A DNA stretch of 64,000 bases from Massalongia carnosa (Eukaryota). Under the pieces are notes generated by a model. That model was not told where the DNA came from, made no database searches, and saw nothing but the letters and a program-made list of their open reading frames with translations. The translations under genes were made by a program, and so were the position numbers. Below are positions 25,760-38,384 of the stretch, one piece after another (within the stretch, counting starts at the first letter, position 1; the number at the start of each line of letters is the position of its first letter). The DNA lies in NCBI GenBank assembly GCA_965645245.1, contig OZ287069.1, positions 3,100,001 to 3,164,000 of the forward strand, read 5' to 3'.

Positions 25760-26992
25760 TTTGCGGTGGAGTATGAGACACCCATATTTATCAACGGTGT
25801 GTTGGATCTGATCTGGTGTGTATTAATCAAGAGGAAGGAATGTCAATTGTTCGGTTAAATCCACTCCAAGAACTGATACATAGAAGCTCATTGTTGAAGC
25901 CCGTCCACGATAATCGTGTCGTCATCGATCCTTTGAACCACAGCCCAAACAGCCAACAGCGGGATAGTATTCATTGCTACTAACCCAATGGCCTCCTCGA
26001 ATGACTTCATCACACCAAAGTTCAACTCGTGATCGTAGTCGCACATAGCATTCGCGCAACCAAGCCTCCCAGTCCTTAGAGTTCGTGACAGCACATTGTG
26101 ATGGAACTTGTGGGGAGTTACAGGGTACAAGACGTCATGACGAGGAGGTTTCTCTTTTACCCTCATTTTACATCAGCACTAAAACTAAAAAGGATCAGGA
26201 AGTTAAATCCAGTCTTAATGCAATTGTTTCAAATCGTCAGTATCAGCAACTCGTATTACTATCAGTTCAACTGCATATTCTTTTGAAAATTGAAATTTTT
26301 TTTCGTTATCATAATTGTTGTTGCAGCAGATTTTTTATTTGGTGTTTATTGACTCATGAAACCAATTTAGCGGCCCAATTTAGCGCTAATGCAAAAAGGG
26401 ACGAACATGAGTAGAATAGGTCTTCCGAAACCTTGAATATATATATTTGACATTTTTTGACAGAACGCCCTATCGATTACCGTTTTTCACAACTCCATTC
26501 GCTTGTCGTTCTTCGTCATTTTGAAGTCCAGCTCGAAAGGAATAGCTGCAGATCTTTAGTGAACAAACAGATTTATTGCTATTGTTGATGTTGATGCTGG
26601 AGCAAAAAGGTGGACAGGATTTTGATGTTCCTGCCTCCTAATGTGATGTAGCTAAATACTAGCGAGGAGTATATGCGGTGAAATGAATATAACAGGTTGC
26701 TTTGCGTTAACCATCCCCGGTCATTAAATGAGCCAACGGTGTTGGCAGCCCCGTCTTCGTACCCCTGTCATTTGAGAATGTCGGCATCCTTTTCACCGAC
26801 ATGCCGTGTGAGGTTGCAGGAGACGTAAATCCTCCATGGTGATTCAAAAGCTGGAACCTGTACTAAGGAAGGTAGTGAGTCACCCCGCTTGCGATCAGTC
26901 CGGTTGGGCCAATGCTGGCTATAAGGTAGCCGAGAACCCAAAAAGCTCTCAAATAACTTAAATCCATTAACTTCACCCAACAACTCATCCAC

Positions 26993-28245
26993 ATGTCTCC
27001 ATCACTCCCAAAGACCTTCAAAGTTGCCCTTTTCGAGAAAGTCAACGGCTCTCTCATATTCAAAGATGTAGACTTAAAGGAGCCCAAAGAGGGGGAGATC
27101 TTGATCAAAGTCCTGGCTACGGGCGTATGCCGTAGCGATGCTGACGTGCAAACAGGACGTTTCGGAAATCCTTTGTAAGTCTCCTGCACTTGGGCGCCGT
27201 CTAAGATCATCGCTTATACATTATATAGCCCTATGGTGCCCGGCCATGAAACAATCGGCGATATTGTGGCTGTGGGTCCTAGAGAAAATGTTTGGAAATT
27301 AGGTGACCGTGCTGGTGGAGGATGGCATGGAGGCCATGATGGTACGCCAATTCTTGAAGAAGGATGGGAAATGAGCTAATAAAAAATAGGGACATGCAGA
27401 TCGTGCCAACGAGGACTTTTTCAGGTCTGCGTGAATGAGGCTATCAACGGTGTTACCCGGTATGGAGGATGTATGTTTCCGAAATGCGTTGCCACCCTCA
27501 CAGCTTGTTTTCTTTTCTGATCGACGGCAGATGCCGAGTACTGTCTTCTCAGGTCTGAAGCTGCTGTTCGCATTCCGTTGGATGTTGACCCAGCCGCATT
27601 CTGTCCTCTTCTATGTGCCGGAGTGACGGTATTCAATGGAATGCGAAGGATGAAAATCACCCCCGGGGAGACGGTCGGAATCCAGGGACTTGGAGGACTC
27701 GGTCATCTTGCGTTGCAATATGCATCAAAGATGGGATATCGGGTTGTGGCGCTTTCAAGCAGCGCATCAAAGGAGAAGTTTGCAAAGGATCTCGGGGCTT
27801 CGGATTATGTGGACGGAAGTAAAACCGATCAGGCCGAGTTCTTGAAAAATCTAGGGGGTGCTGGCATGATTGTGACTACAGCTCCAAATCCAAATATTGT
27901 AGGACAGCTGGTCGGAGGCCTTGCTCCTGAAGGAAAGCTGTTGATACTGTCTCGTGAGTCTTTTATCTCTTAGCCTTGTCTTTTAAACTTCAATCCGAGA
28001 ACTGAATTATTTGTTCAGCATCGGGCGACATCACGGTCAACACAACGGCACTCATTTTAGCAGGTAATTCCGTGCATGGGTGGCCCTCAGGACATGCTCT
28101 TGACAGCGAGGAGGCGATCAGATTCGCCCAGATCCATGGAGTAAACTGCATGATTGAGAAGTTTCCCTTTTCTGATGCTCCAAAGGCGTTCGAGCACATG
28201 AAAAGCGGAAAGGCTAGGTTTAGAGCGGTCATTACCATGACCTAA
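26993..28245 (+). CDS. Zinc-dependent medium-chain alcohol dehydrogenase
   Basis: GVCRSD, PGHE, structural Cys cluster, PLLCAGVT, GLGGLGHL and GKARFRAV; several introns. Confidence 0.95.
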
Positions 28246-28926
28246 GGCTTTTGCAGTGTGGAGCCGTCGGAGAGGCATAGATAAACAAATACTCTGCCTG
28301 GATTTTAGGCAGGGATTAGCCATTGCTAAATATACTGAGAAAAGCATGTGAAGTCTGAAAGCAGGACAAAAGTGACGTTAACGTTCTCGTTGAAATTCCC
28401 ACGAGGACTACTCTGCCACACTTTGGTTCACTCATGTCATACTCAATATCAAAACTACATGGCGTCGTCCAGCCCTGTCCATCATGCAAATCAAGCCTCA
28501 ACCTTGTTTCAAAAAATTGAATTCAAATGTAAGAGTCTGATTCTTCTTTCATTAGGGAACATTTCTAGATCTTTCCTCGTTATTCTGGTTTGATGTACAA
28601 CGGAATATATAATATATTTTCTAGAAGAGAATCCGTGTTTTGGTTTCAGAAACGATTTAGCTCGGCTCATGCCGCAATACAGACTATTTTATTACGCTAT
28701 CGTATAAATCGTTTCCATCGTTCAAGCTCTCCATTGTTTCCTAGTCGATGTCATAATCTAATCCTAATTTTCAGAAACTCAGTCATACTCATCACTTAGT
28801 TACTTAGAAATCTCTACTTTTCCATTCAAACCACTTACACTTCTTCCGCGCCAATTGGCAACCATTGAATTCTAAAGCCTTATTAATAGTGCCCCGGGAA
28901 CACCAGTGCAAACCATCTCAACACGA

Positions 28927-29586
28927 ATGGCACCACGCTTACGTGTCTCTCGTTACCCGCCCTCCCCTCTCACTCCCGCTCTCCGAAACTCTCTCATTTC
29001 TACCCTCCTTTCTACCAACGCAATCCCAACTATCCACACTACTCTACTAGCATCGTGTCAATCGAACGGATGGAAGGAATCTGTCAGGGAGCGGGCACTA
29101 CAGTTGCTCCGAAGCGGCGAGTGCACTACGGCTGGGGAGGTGATGGAGGTGATGCTGCGAGAGTCGCGAGTAAAAGCGGCGGAGTGGGAAGGATCGGAGG
29201 AGCTGCGATTGGCGGAGAAGAAGCGAAGAAGAGCGGGAGATGAATCTGGGCGTGGTATCCTTGCCCAGGAGATAGAGGATCTCGATAACTGGAAGGAGAG
29301 TGAGGAGAGGAAGAAGGGGAATACCAACGGGGCTAGTAAAACTAATGGGGATGGAATTGAGAAAGTCGTCGAAAAAGGTAATGGGGTGGATGAGTATAGT
29401 GCCGGAAACGATAACGTGGAAGAAAATATCAAGGGCGGGAAGAGGAGGAAGATCGACATCAGGGTGCCGAAAAAGGTGCTTGAGGATGGCGCGCGGGCGG
29501 TGCGAGAAGCGCTGGAGCAAGTGATCGAAGTCGATGACGACGACGACGGTGACTGCGATGATGGGACCCGACGACGGCATGGGTAG
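28927..29586 (+). CDS. ENY2/Sus1-like domain protein
   Basis: LLASCQSNGWKESVRERALQLLRSG...DIRVPKKVLEDGARAVREAL resembles fungal EnY2-domain proteins, with a charged insertion. Confidence 0.6.
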   Translation: MAPRLRVSRYPPSPLTPALRNSLISTLLSTNAIPTIHTTLLASCQSNGWKESVRERALQLLRSGECTTAGEVMEVMLRESRVKAAEWEGSEELRLAEKKRRRAGDESGRGILAQEIEDLDNWKESEERKKGNTNGASKTNGDGIEKVVEKGNGVDEYSAGNDNVEENIKGGKRRKIDIRVPKKVLEDGARAVREALEQVIEVDDDDDGDCDDGTRRRHG

Positions 29587-32500
29587 AGAAAAGGTGGGCA
29601 CGGGATGCGATTTTTGTGCTGTATAAAGCAGTCTCTAAGGGCTTGGTTACATACTGGATCTACGAGGCGGTTGTGATGGGATACTCTCCTAGTAAGTTAG
29701 GCTGGTTTTTCACCTCCCCAAATCAGCTCAAAAGCGAGCTTTTAGCTAACACAAACCTAAGAGCGCAAATCAGGAAACTTAAAGACCTCACATTTACGTG
29801 AATACGACGCCTGGTTGTCGCAATGCGGAATATGTTCACCCCATAAATATACACCTTTGGTTGTGTTCGCTCCGATCCACCCCAGAGCTTCTGCATCCGA
29901 AACTCGGCTCCTGGGCATTTTTTTGGCCAGGGTTTTCGATGAACGAAAGGGCTTGAGAACCAGTTGAGTGACGGGAGAAAGGTTTACGATGCATGCCTGG
30001 GCTGTTTGTCAGTGCTGGCTGGAGATGGGGGAAGCGAATGGGAGGGGGAGTTTTTGATTTTGGGGCTTGAGAAGGAAAGTTTACCTGAACAATTAACGAG
30101 ATGATTCTTCTTCACGGGCTATTTGGGTGTCGTTGATGTGTCTGTCTCTCTCTTCATCACCTGTTTGCTCGCTGTGGATATGTAAGTCTGTGTTCAGCAA
30201 TTCCGTTCCTCCCCTCAACTGCCTGACCGGTTTCGAATAGGCATTCATCAACTGTGCAGCTCACACCTACATGCCTACTTACTCTCCGCAATTCCTTGAA
30301 GAGATTTGTCTGCAAGATGCCAAAGGCTAGATAATCTCCAATCTTGAAAGCCACATGAAATTTCACCCCGTTCTTGAATGCTAGCTTTGCTGGTAGTACC
30401 GCTACTGTGGGTTTACCCCAACTCGTGGCACCAGACGTATGACTACGTCAGTGCTTGAGTTGGATGGTAAAGTTTTTCTATTAGCTAGTAGCGAGCGTGG
30501 GCTATATAGGCGTGTGCCCCTTTTCGGGGTCACGTGGCTGGCTAGGCGTCCCGTGCCTAACAGTGACGAAGGCCTTAATAGCCTCTAGTCGTGCCCACAG
30601 CCCGTTCTATCTACTAGTGCTACTAACAGCTACTTCTAGTTATCTTATTCCTTTATTTCACCCCCTTCACCCCCTTCCGTTTGCAGTGCTCTATTGTGTT
30701 TCTTATGTTCAAGCGCCACTCTTTTTCCCAAAAAGAAAAACGACCTTACGAATGTAGATTGGAGAAAGCAACTGCTAGCCTATTTGGCAGAATTTTTACC
30801 GTCTCCTTTTCTCCGCGTGGTGGCATCGGATGAGGCGGCAAGGGGAGCTCTCATCTGGTTATTGTAAATGGGTTCTAGCGGCCCTGATAAAGGGTGGGAG
30901 GAGAATGAAGCTAGGGTTTGGGAGAGGGGTTTGTTTTTTTTCCTGACGATTTTGAAGGTGGTCTATTGTGGTGAGGCTTGAGAAAATTCATTCGTTCCGT
31001 AAAGGTTTAGCGCCAAAGCTACTATTTTCCAGGATCTTCGATTAGAGAGGCTGCAAACTCCTTCCTTACACTATCCCCATTCAATTCCACTCCCACCTTA
31101 GATATATCTTTCATCTATAAGATTCATATGCTCAAATCTAGGTAGAAGAGAGGCTCGTTCCAAGAGATCCTGGAGCAAGCCCGTGGCGTCCCATCTTTCG
31201 TCCTCTTTCCCAAGGCGCAGCTGCCCATTCTGATCGTGCTTCAAAGGTGAGACCAGTAACGAGGCGAGAAGGCGTACCTGGCCCCTTCCTTCTCCATGGT
31301 TAAGGCTCGTTTAGGCTGGAGCATTTGCGGCTCTAAAGAGCATCCATTCTCCAGGTCTTTTCTCTCCCTTCAATATGTTTCCCCCAGTACCAGAATACTC
31401 TATTTCTTTATTGTTAAGCTCCCACGTCGGTAGACATTTATATAACTTATGAAGCATGTTTCTTCCCTCTTCTGGGCTCCTTTTATATAAGCACCCTTAA
31501 CTCTCTCAACTCTTGCCTACCTGCTTGAAAGCTTGACATTAAGAACTTTGAGCCACGGCTTACTTATCTATCATACCTTTCGAATGGCTTCTCGCACTAT
31601 CGATGCTCCCTCCCAAGTCGATTTTAGCATATCAAAAATCGAACCCCAATTAAAGGGTATCTTCCGAGATTATCTCTCATCTGCCTTGGATATCATACTT
31701 CGTATATCACCCATCTTCTTATTCTTAGGGTACCGCTTTTAGTAAGGAATACATATTTAACTCGTAGCTCATCCTTCCTAGGAAGAATAAAATCAGCTCT
31801 TGGTACACCAAAAGGTCACTATATAAGTAACTACTAAACAGACTTTAACAGCATCACTTTTCTAGTTTGGTTGGGATGAGGTAAAATTGCACAAGAATCT
31901 CTCGCATAGAGCATTAGAAAGACAGCCTCGCATGAAGAAGGTACAGAGCACCGTTGGCTTTCCTATATCTAGAGGCAACACCTCAACCTATATTGTCAAG
32001 GCGATTCTTTCAATCAGTTAATAAACGATTTCAAAGGAAATAATTAGACAGCTAAAATAGCTTCTGCATGCCTCGATATGCTACTATTTTATAATGTCTA
32101 GACTTAATAGACCTGGTTCAGGTTTCAACGAGTTTAAAGATTAACATATTTACGCATACATAATGAAACGATTAAAAGATGTGAAGGACAATTAGAATGC
32201 TCATGAAGAGGACATCAACCAAGGCGATATTGTGAAAAAAACCACCATCGATGTCTCAATGACGAGTTGGATTTATTTTGTAAACGAAACTTCCTTTAAC
32301 GAACTCAGGAAAAACATTTAGAGGCAGATTACGAAGAAAACTTTTGATTAATCTTGGCAGGAACGACAGTACACTTTGGATGACGTAGTGTGTGCTGACA
32401 ATGATTGCTTACGAATCCGCGGCTGAAAGGAAGACCGATGCCGATTGCCAAACGGTCCACAACTAACCCTGATTGATCACGTCCCCGCCCAAGCCAATAT

Positions 32501-32673
32501 AGTCAGAGCGACTCTTTACAATCAGCAGGAACGATGAACTCGATATTTGCAACACCGTGGTTACCTCCGTCTGCAAACTCTTAGTATCGCCTTCTTCCAT
32601 TATACGAACGTGCTCGTTTCCTCATCCATCTGCATTCACTGCCGGAAAAGTTGGACTGTCGCCAACGATCAAG

Positions 32674-33656
32674 ATGTCGAGCAACTTGTATGAGGATGCC
32701 ACGCCTGAAGAAGTGAAGAATGCAAAGGTACAGCGCCTCCAGAGAGACTGACTGAGCTAGACTGTTCTAAATAATTCCGGGCTAGGGCATACATCTGATA
32801 ACGATGAATACCCCGAATGGCCAGAAAGTACAAATCTTGCTCGAGGAGCTCAAGGATCTATATGGCACGGAGTGGACCACGACCCTCCTGTAAAAGCTCC
32901 TTCCGACTCAAGTCCGCAACGTGCTGAGTAGCTGCTACAGTAACATCATGACAAACAAACAAAAGGAAGATTGGTTTCTTCGCCTCAATCCCAACGGTGT
33001 GCCTATTCCAACCCTTCTAAGCTATCCAGTTCTCTTTACGTTTCTCATTGTATACCAGGCCGCATACCTATTCTCATCGATAGCACTCAGTCGCCTCCCT
33101 TCCCCGTCATGGAAACTAGTGCTGAGCTTGTATATCTCCAGACGACGTACGACAAGGACAACAAGTTTGGTTTCACAGACCCGTTGGAACATAATCAAGA
33201 GTTGCAATGGCTTTTCTTTTGGCATGGAAGCGGTGCCCCGTACTTGGGACAAATGGGTCACTTCATCATATACGCCAAAGAGAAGGTTCCGTGTAGGCTT
33301 TCCTCTCATTTCCCCTATTATCTACCACTTGTTAGGACTTTATAACTGAGGCTGGAGTTAACTTAGACGCCATTGAACGCTACACGAACGAGACCTTACG
33401 CGTCTTCGGTGTACTCGAGATTCATTTATCGGGGAAGTACACCAATGAGCCTCGTGACTATCTCGTCGGCAAAGGTAAAGGCAAGTATTCTATTGCAGAC
33501 ATTGGAACCTGGCCGTGGGTCAGGCTTCTCAAATCCGACATGTTAGGCTTCACTCCTGAGCAAGTCAACCAGTTCCCGCATTTACTAAAGTACATTAATC
33601 GAATTGCCGAACGGCCTGCGGTGAAACGTGGTGTCGAGGAGAAGTATGATCTATAA
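32674..33656 (+). CDS. Glutathione S-transferase (Ure2p-like class)
   Basis: MNTPNGQKV, FLRLNPNGRIP, METSAEL, QWLFFWHG and YSIADIGTWPW; four introns. Confidence 0.95.
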
Positions 33657-34471
33657 GCTGCTTGCCTTCGCAGCGCCAGATAGGTCAATTGGCATGAGAA
33701 TTGACGATGATGTCTTCACCATTTACCTCCCTCCAGTATTTATGCTTGTCGACTCTAGTTGCACTGTGTAAGTCTTGGTGTTGACGGTGCCTTGCAATCC
33801 TGGGCATCTTCATGAGACCTCTTGCTAAGCATTTTATCCTTTGTTGCTTTAGCTTGCTCAAAGGACGATGTGCATTATTAACAGCATCATTTGTTATACA
33901 CGTTTCATTAAGACAAGATATGCACTCTCATCTTACGGACTTTCAAATGCGGTTGTTGTGCTTGTGAAAGCAAAAGACATTCATTAACACATACTCGCGT
34001 ACCTATGAAACGGATACCGAGCGAGATCCGAATATTATTAATTTGTGACATTTTTTGTGGATTGGGTTTTCATCTGCCTTGAAAGGTTCATTGTTTCTTC
34101 CTATGCGAACTTTATGCCTACTATTAATCATTCTACTGTTATTGCACAAAATGTGCAAAGCAAGTTTAAAGTCGTTAGAGCATCGAGCTATGGTTTCACT
34201 TCACGAATTAAGCAGTGCGATGAGAAAGTTATTCGCTGATTAATAAAATCTCGTAATTAAGTGCGGGAACCCCTAAAGCAAACTCTATCTATTGCAAGGA
34301 AAAGAAAAGAAAAGCTAAAAGTTGCCTATCCATCATAGTATAGGAGCGTGGCGCGATGTGTGAAATCCCACGGTACTCTCCACCTGTTCCATTCGTGATT
34401 CTGGAGTATTTTTCCCTCGTCCTGACAAAAGGATCGGGAATTTGTCGAAGGTTTGTTTGGCGATGTCCGCC

Positions 34472-34849
34472 TTATTCACGCCTTGTTTGTGGAGTGTTTG
34501 TATAAAAACGATGTGTTCTCGTTCGGGAGGATTGGGCTGCGCTTTGCGACCTGTTGATTTGTTTAGTTATGCTTTGATGCGGCGGAATGACTCTTGACTT
34601 ACTCGCATCGTAAAGGATGGTATCTCCTTTGGTCATATTAGCCGATGATATTGGCGTTGGTGGAATGATTGGTTTGCGCAGAGTCTTCGTCTCCGTTTCT
34701 GATGTTGGCGTTTGCGGTGTGGTTGGTTTGCGCAAAGTCTTTGTCTCCGTTTCCAACTCTCCAACGCGGACGGTTAGGTCCAGAACAATCTTCATGAGAT
34801 TTGCCATGGTCTCGGCTTGAGAAGGAGCATTCATGCTTTTTGCAGCCAT
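34472..34849 (-). CDS. Orphan ORF with an internal 54-bp tandem duplication (probable mobile-element relic)
   Basis: ETETKTLRKP occurs twice, 18 aa apart; coiled-coil-like N-terminus; AT-rich context. Confidence 0.4.
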   Translation of the reverse strand: MAAKSMNAPSQAETMANLMKIVLDLTVRVGELETETKTLRKPTTPQTPTSETETKTLRKPIIPPTPISSANMTKGDTILYDASKSRVIPPHQSITKQINRSQSAAQSSRTRTHRFYTNTPQTRRE

Positions 34850-34885
34850 TGCAAGGGGTGGTGAAGATTTAAGGTATAGTAGAGA

Positions 34886-35068
34886 TGTGAGCTGTTTGAA
34901 GTTTTCAAGTTTAGTGGAGAAGCAAGCTGTCCGAAGTTCTCAAGTTAGTGAAAAAGCAAGCTGTTCGAAGTTCTCAAGTGTAGTAGACAAGTTATGTATA
35001 AGAGAGAAGTAAGCTGTTCGAAGTGCTCAGGTATAGCAGAGAAGCAAGTTGTTCTGAGTTCTCAGAGT
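34886..35068. repeat. Five degenerate ~34-bp tandem repeats
   Basis: Core AGCAAGCTGTTCGAAGTTCTCAAG at ~34888, 34921, 34955, 35008 and 35044. Confidence 0.85.
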
Positions 35069-36378
35069 CCAGCGGTCGAGGAAGCAAACCCAAGGGCGAG
35101 GGAAACCGGCCTTCTTATACCAAATGGCCTACGGTGGTGATTTCGCATGGCCACGCTACTCAGCGCGATTCCACCTATTCTCGTTTGCCACTTCAAAACC
35201 GCGGAAGGTTTTGGGATATCCCGGATCCACGGTTGATGTTTAGGTTTTAATTTTTTCCCCCCCTTTAAAAAAAATATGCTTTTCGTCTGATTGCGATCGT
35301 ATGTTCTTCGTTCGTCTTATCTTTCCAGACGGTTCTTTGGGAATCGCTCAAACCGCCCTCATTTTCGACTAACCTTTCAAGTCTTATGCGGGATGTACTT
35401 TTGCAGTCGCTCGGTTTTTGCTACTAAATCTCCATCGCTTTTCTTTCTGCGCACGATCTAAGTCTTGCGCTGGCGATGTTGTGTATGTATGGTTTTTTTA
35501 TGATCATCTACCTACTCTTACAATCCCTACTTCTAAGAAGATCGTTAGAAGAAGACTTGTTCGGATGGTTCGTTTTTATTTTATTTTACACTTTGGAGCT
35601 TTAGGAAAGAGGAGAGGTGGTCGTAGCTTTTTGGGCGTTGTAGGACTAAAAGAAAGCGTTTGAGAAATGTGGCTTTTCTTTGCGAGAACTCCGACGTTGC
35701 GGATGATAATCTTATCACTCCGTACTCTGAAGCTTTTGGCTATTCTCGCATACTTTTCTTTTGATAACACTAAGGAATAGTTAGTTCCGTTGAAATAAAC
35801 TTTGACATTAGATTTAGCGCTATCTGGAACTTAATTAGCTTATTTTCGGGTTTGCTTGAAAAAGTAGGATTGAGAAACTCAATATTCAGGAAAACAAGAT
35901 TTGTCGAAATTCATTGTGGCATTATGCAGATCTCCCATATTCTGTCATATCTATCTCTTGAAAATTTCCTTAAGCACGATTCATGCAAACTTGACTTCTC
36001 GATGCGGTTTATTGACTTTCATCAAGTTTTTATTCTCCCAACACCTTAACAGATTGTAAGTAATTGAGACACAAAAACTCTTTAAAAGCGTATTTTAGAC
36101 TGCCTCGGTCAAATCCAACTCGTCGCTCCTTCCTCAATATATAAGTTTTCTACATCTTACGGTATAGTATTTAGTCTCGCGGGGTTCTGTGATGCTATGG
36201 ATCGCCAGCCTCTCTTCAATTCCACAAATCTGGGAGTTGGGAACCAATCTAGAGCAGGTTCTGATCTGTCGTTTGATAAGGAAATTTAGCCGTCAGCAAC
36301 TTTCCGGCGCGTCAGTTCTCTCAAGAGACGGACTCCATCGTTGATAACTGGAAACGACAGCCCTTGGCCACCCGCATC

Positions 36379-38384
36379 ATGGGGACAGGACGATGCAAAC
36401 ACATGAGTTCCGCAAAGCTACCGGCGCCATGTCCTTGTAAGCAGGGTATTTTTCTGTATGATCTCCAAACACAAACAGTAAAAGATCAATGCGAAACGTG
36501 CGACCACTCTCCAACACATCATGGAGACGTTGAGCTTCCTGATAAGGCATCTATTATATCATCTTCAAAACCGGCTGATAGCTCTGCTGTTCTGAGAGCA
36601 CTCAAGGTTGAATTCAAAATTTCGGCTAGTAAGTCTCTCTTATCCTATCCAAAGCTTCATTTACCAACCGTCATGGTAGGTTGGACGCCGCGACCTATTG
36701 TGGTGCAAAGGATCCTTCAACGTGCTTTCGATTATTCAATAGTCCTTGTACGAGGTACTCCTGCTTGCGGGAAGACCATCCTCATGTATCTCATAGCAGA
36801 GCATATAGCGAAAACATACCCGGGTTTAACATTTCACGGGTTGCGCGGCTGGCCCTCCGATCTCTCATTTGAAGGGAGCCAGGACTACCTTCAAAAGTGC
36901 GTAGGGATGTCCCAGCTACAAGTGATGAGTGCTAAAAATACTGTGATCTGTATAGATGATGCACAGTCATCTTATTATGATGATGAATTATGGTCCTTTT
37001 TAAAAATCCTAGACAGAGGCGGTGCTACATTCATTCTTTTTAGCTCTTACGGAAGCGCGGGACCATCACCGGTAGATGTGAAATCGGGGACGTCGCCTAT
37101 ATTCCACCTTGGTCAAAGGATTTCCCTTCAGTGGGAAAGCGATCTATCTGGTTCCCCCCCTGTAGGGCTTTTGTTACAGAGAAACGAGGCAGAAGATCTT
37201 ATAACCCGGTATTGCGCAGAAAACCCAACTCAACCTAACTTTCCCCCCGATGTCCGCAACATTGTTATCACCATTTCAGGAGGGCATGCTGGTGCCTTAG
37301 CGGGGCTAATAGAAACCGTCGCTACGAATTCTGTAAGTATCGCCTTCAATGTCGAAAAGCTGATCATGCTAATTGCATTACTATAGTCTGTCTTAACTAC
37401 CCATGCGCGAAACGCCAGTGGGTTTGTCATCAGCCTTGCTACTTTTAATGAAATCTTTTACCAAGACCCAAACTCATCGCATCTACTAGAGGGTTTATGC
37501 TCTAGGAGGTTTGGAAGAGGCTTGCCCCTGCGCTCTTCCCTACAAGGCAATGTAGGTTTGACAAAGTTCCTAACAATGTTATCAAGTAGAAGAACCATGG
37601 AAGTTGCCTCCGTGGAGCAATCAGAACACTCGCAGAGTGCCCTTGCCTGCTATCATCGAGGCTGGATACATAAAACTCTCGACGAGAATGAACAGGAATT
37701 GTTTGTATTCGCGTCCCCCATACATCTTTGGTAATCCTTTCTCAGTAACAGCTTGAGAATCTGCTAACCTATCCAGGCACTGTCAAGCACTTCTCCTTGA
37801 CAGCCAACCCTGTCATATTAATGCCCTCTCCCCTATCATGTTGGTAGTCGATATACTTAGATTCATAAAACCAAAGAAACTATCTCTTCCTCCTAAGAAG
37901 CCAGGACCGAATTTAAACGCCCCTTCGTGAGGATTGGTATGGTAAAGAATTTTACCGTGCGTCGGATAATATTTTGCAGGGTGCCGTTCTTTGGTCTCCT
38001 GAATTTGGCAATGGGGGTGTTAAGCAAGGAGGATCGTTAGATTTCTATTTGGCGGTTAAGAAGTGGGGATTCGAGTTCACGCGGGAAGGAGACCGTCTAC
38101 GAAGCCATTATATGCGATTTCAACCGGGTGGCAACTACTACAAATGGATCTCGGATGGCGATTTGCTTGCTTGGGTTCTGATCGACTTCCGCAGTACGAT
38201 CCCTGCTGTCTCTCATCCTGGTAAGCGCTCTAGATTTGATTCATCGCGCTGAGAAAGCTTAACCGCCTGTATAGAATTCCCTGGCCTTTACCACATCTGC
38301 TTTGGTCACAATTTTAGTACAGTCCAGGTTTTAAATCATACCCTGGAAATAGTCGTCCAAGAATTCTCTCTAATCACTGGATGA
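36379..38384 (+). pseudogene. Crinkler/CR-type P-loop NTPase + PD-(D/E)xK-like nuclease gene, one frameshift
   Basis: Walker A VRGTPACGKT, Walker B ICIDDAQ, FSSYGS, FASPIH; C-terminal EFYRA...GSLDFYL...WGFEFTREGDRL..H..RF. The spliced frame hits TGA at 37928-37930 and the conserved sequence continues in the +1 frame. Confidence 0.75.

Noticed and set aside
30450..31750. TA-rich degenerate stretch with a partial foldback (30481-30625) and broken reading frames
   Set aside because: Possibly an old RIP-mutated relic, but no termini, TSD or recognisable protein motif could be supported.
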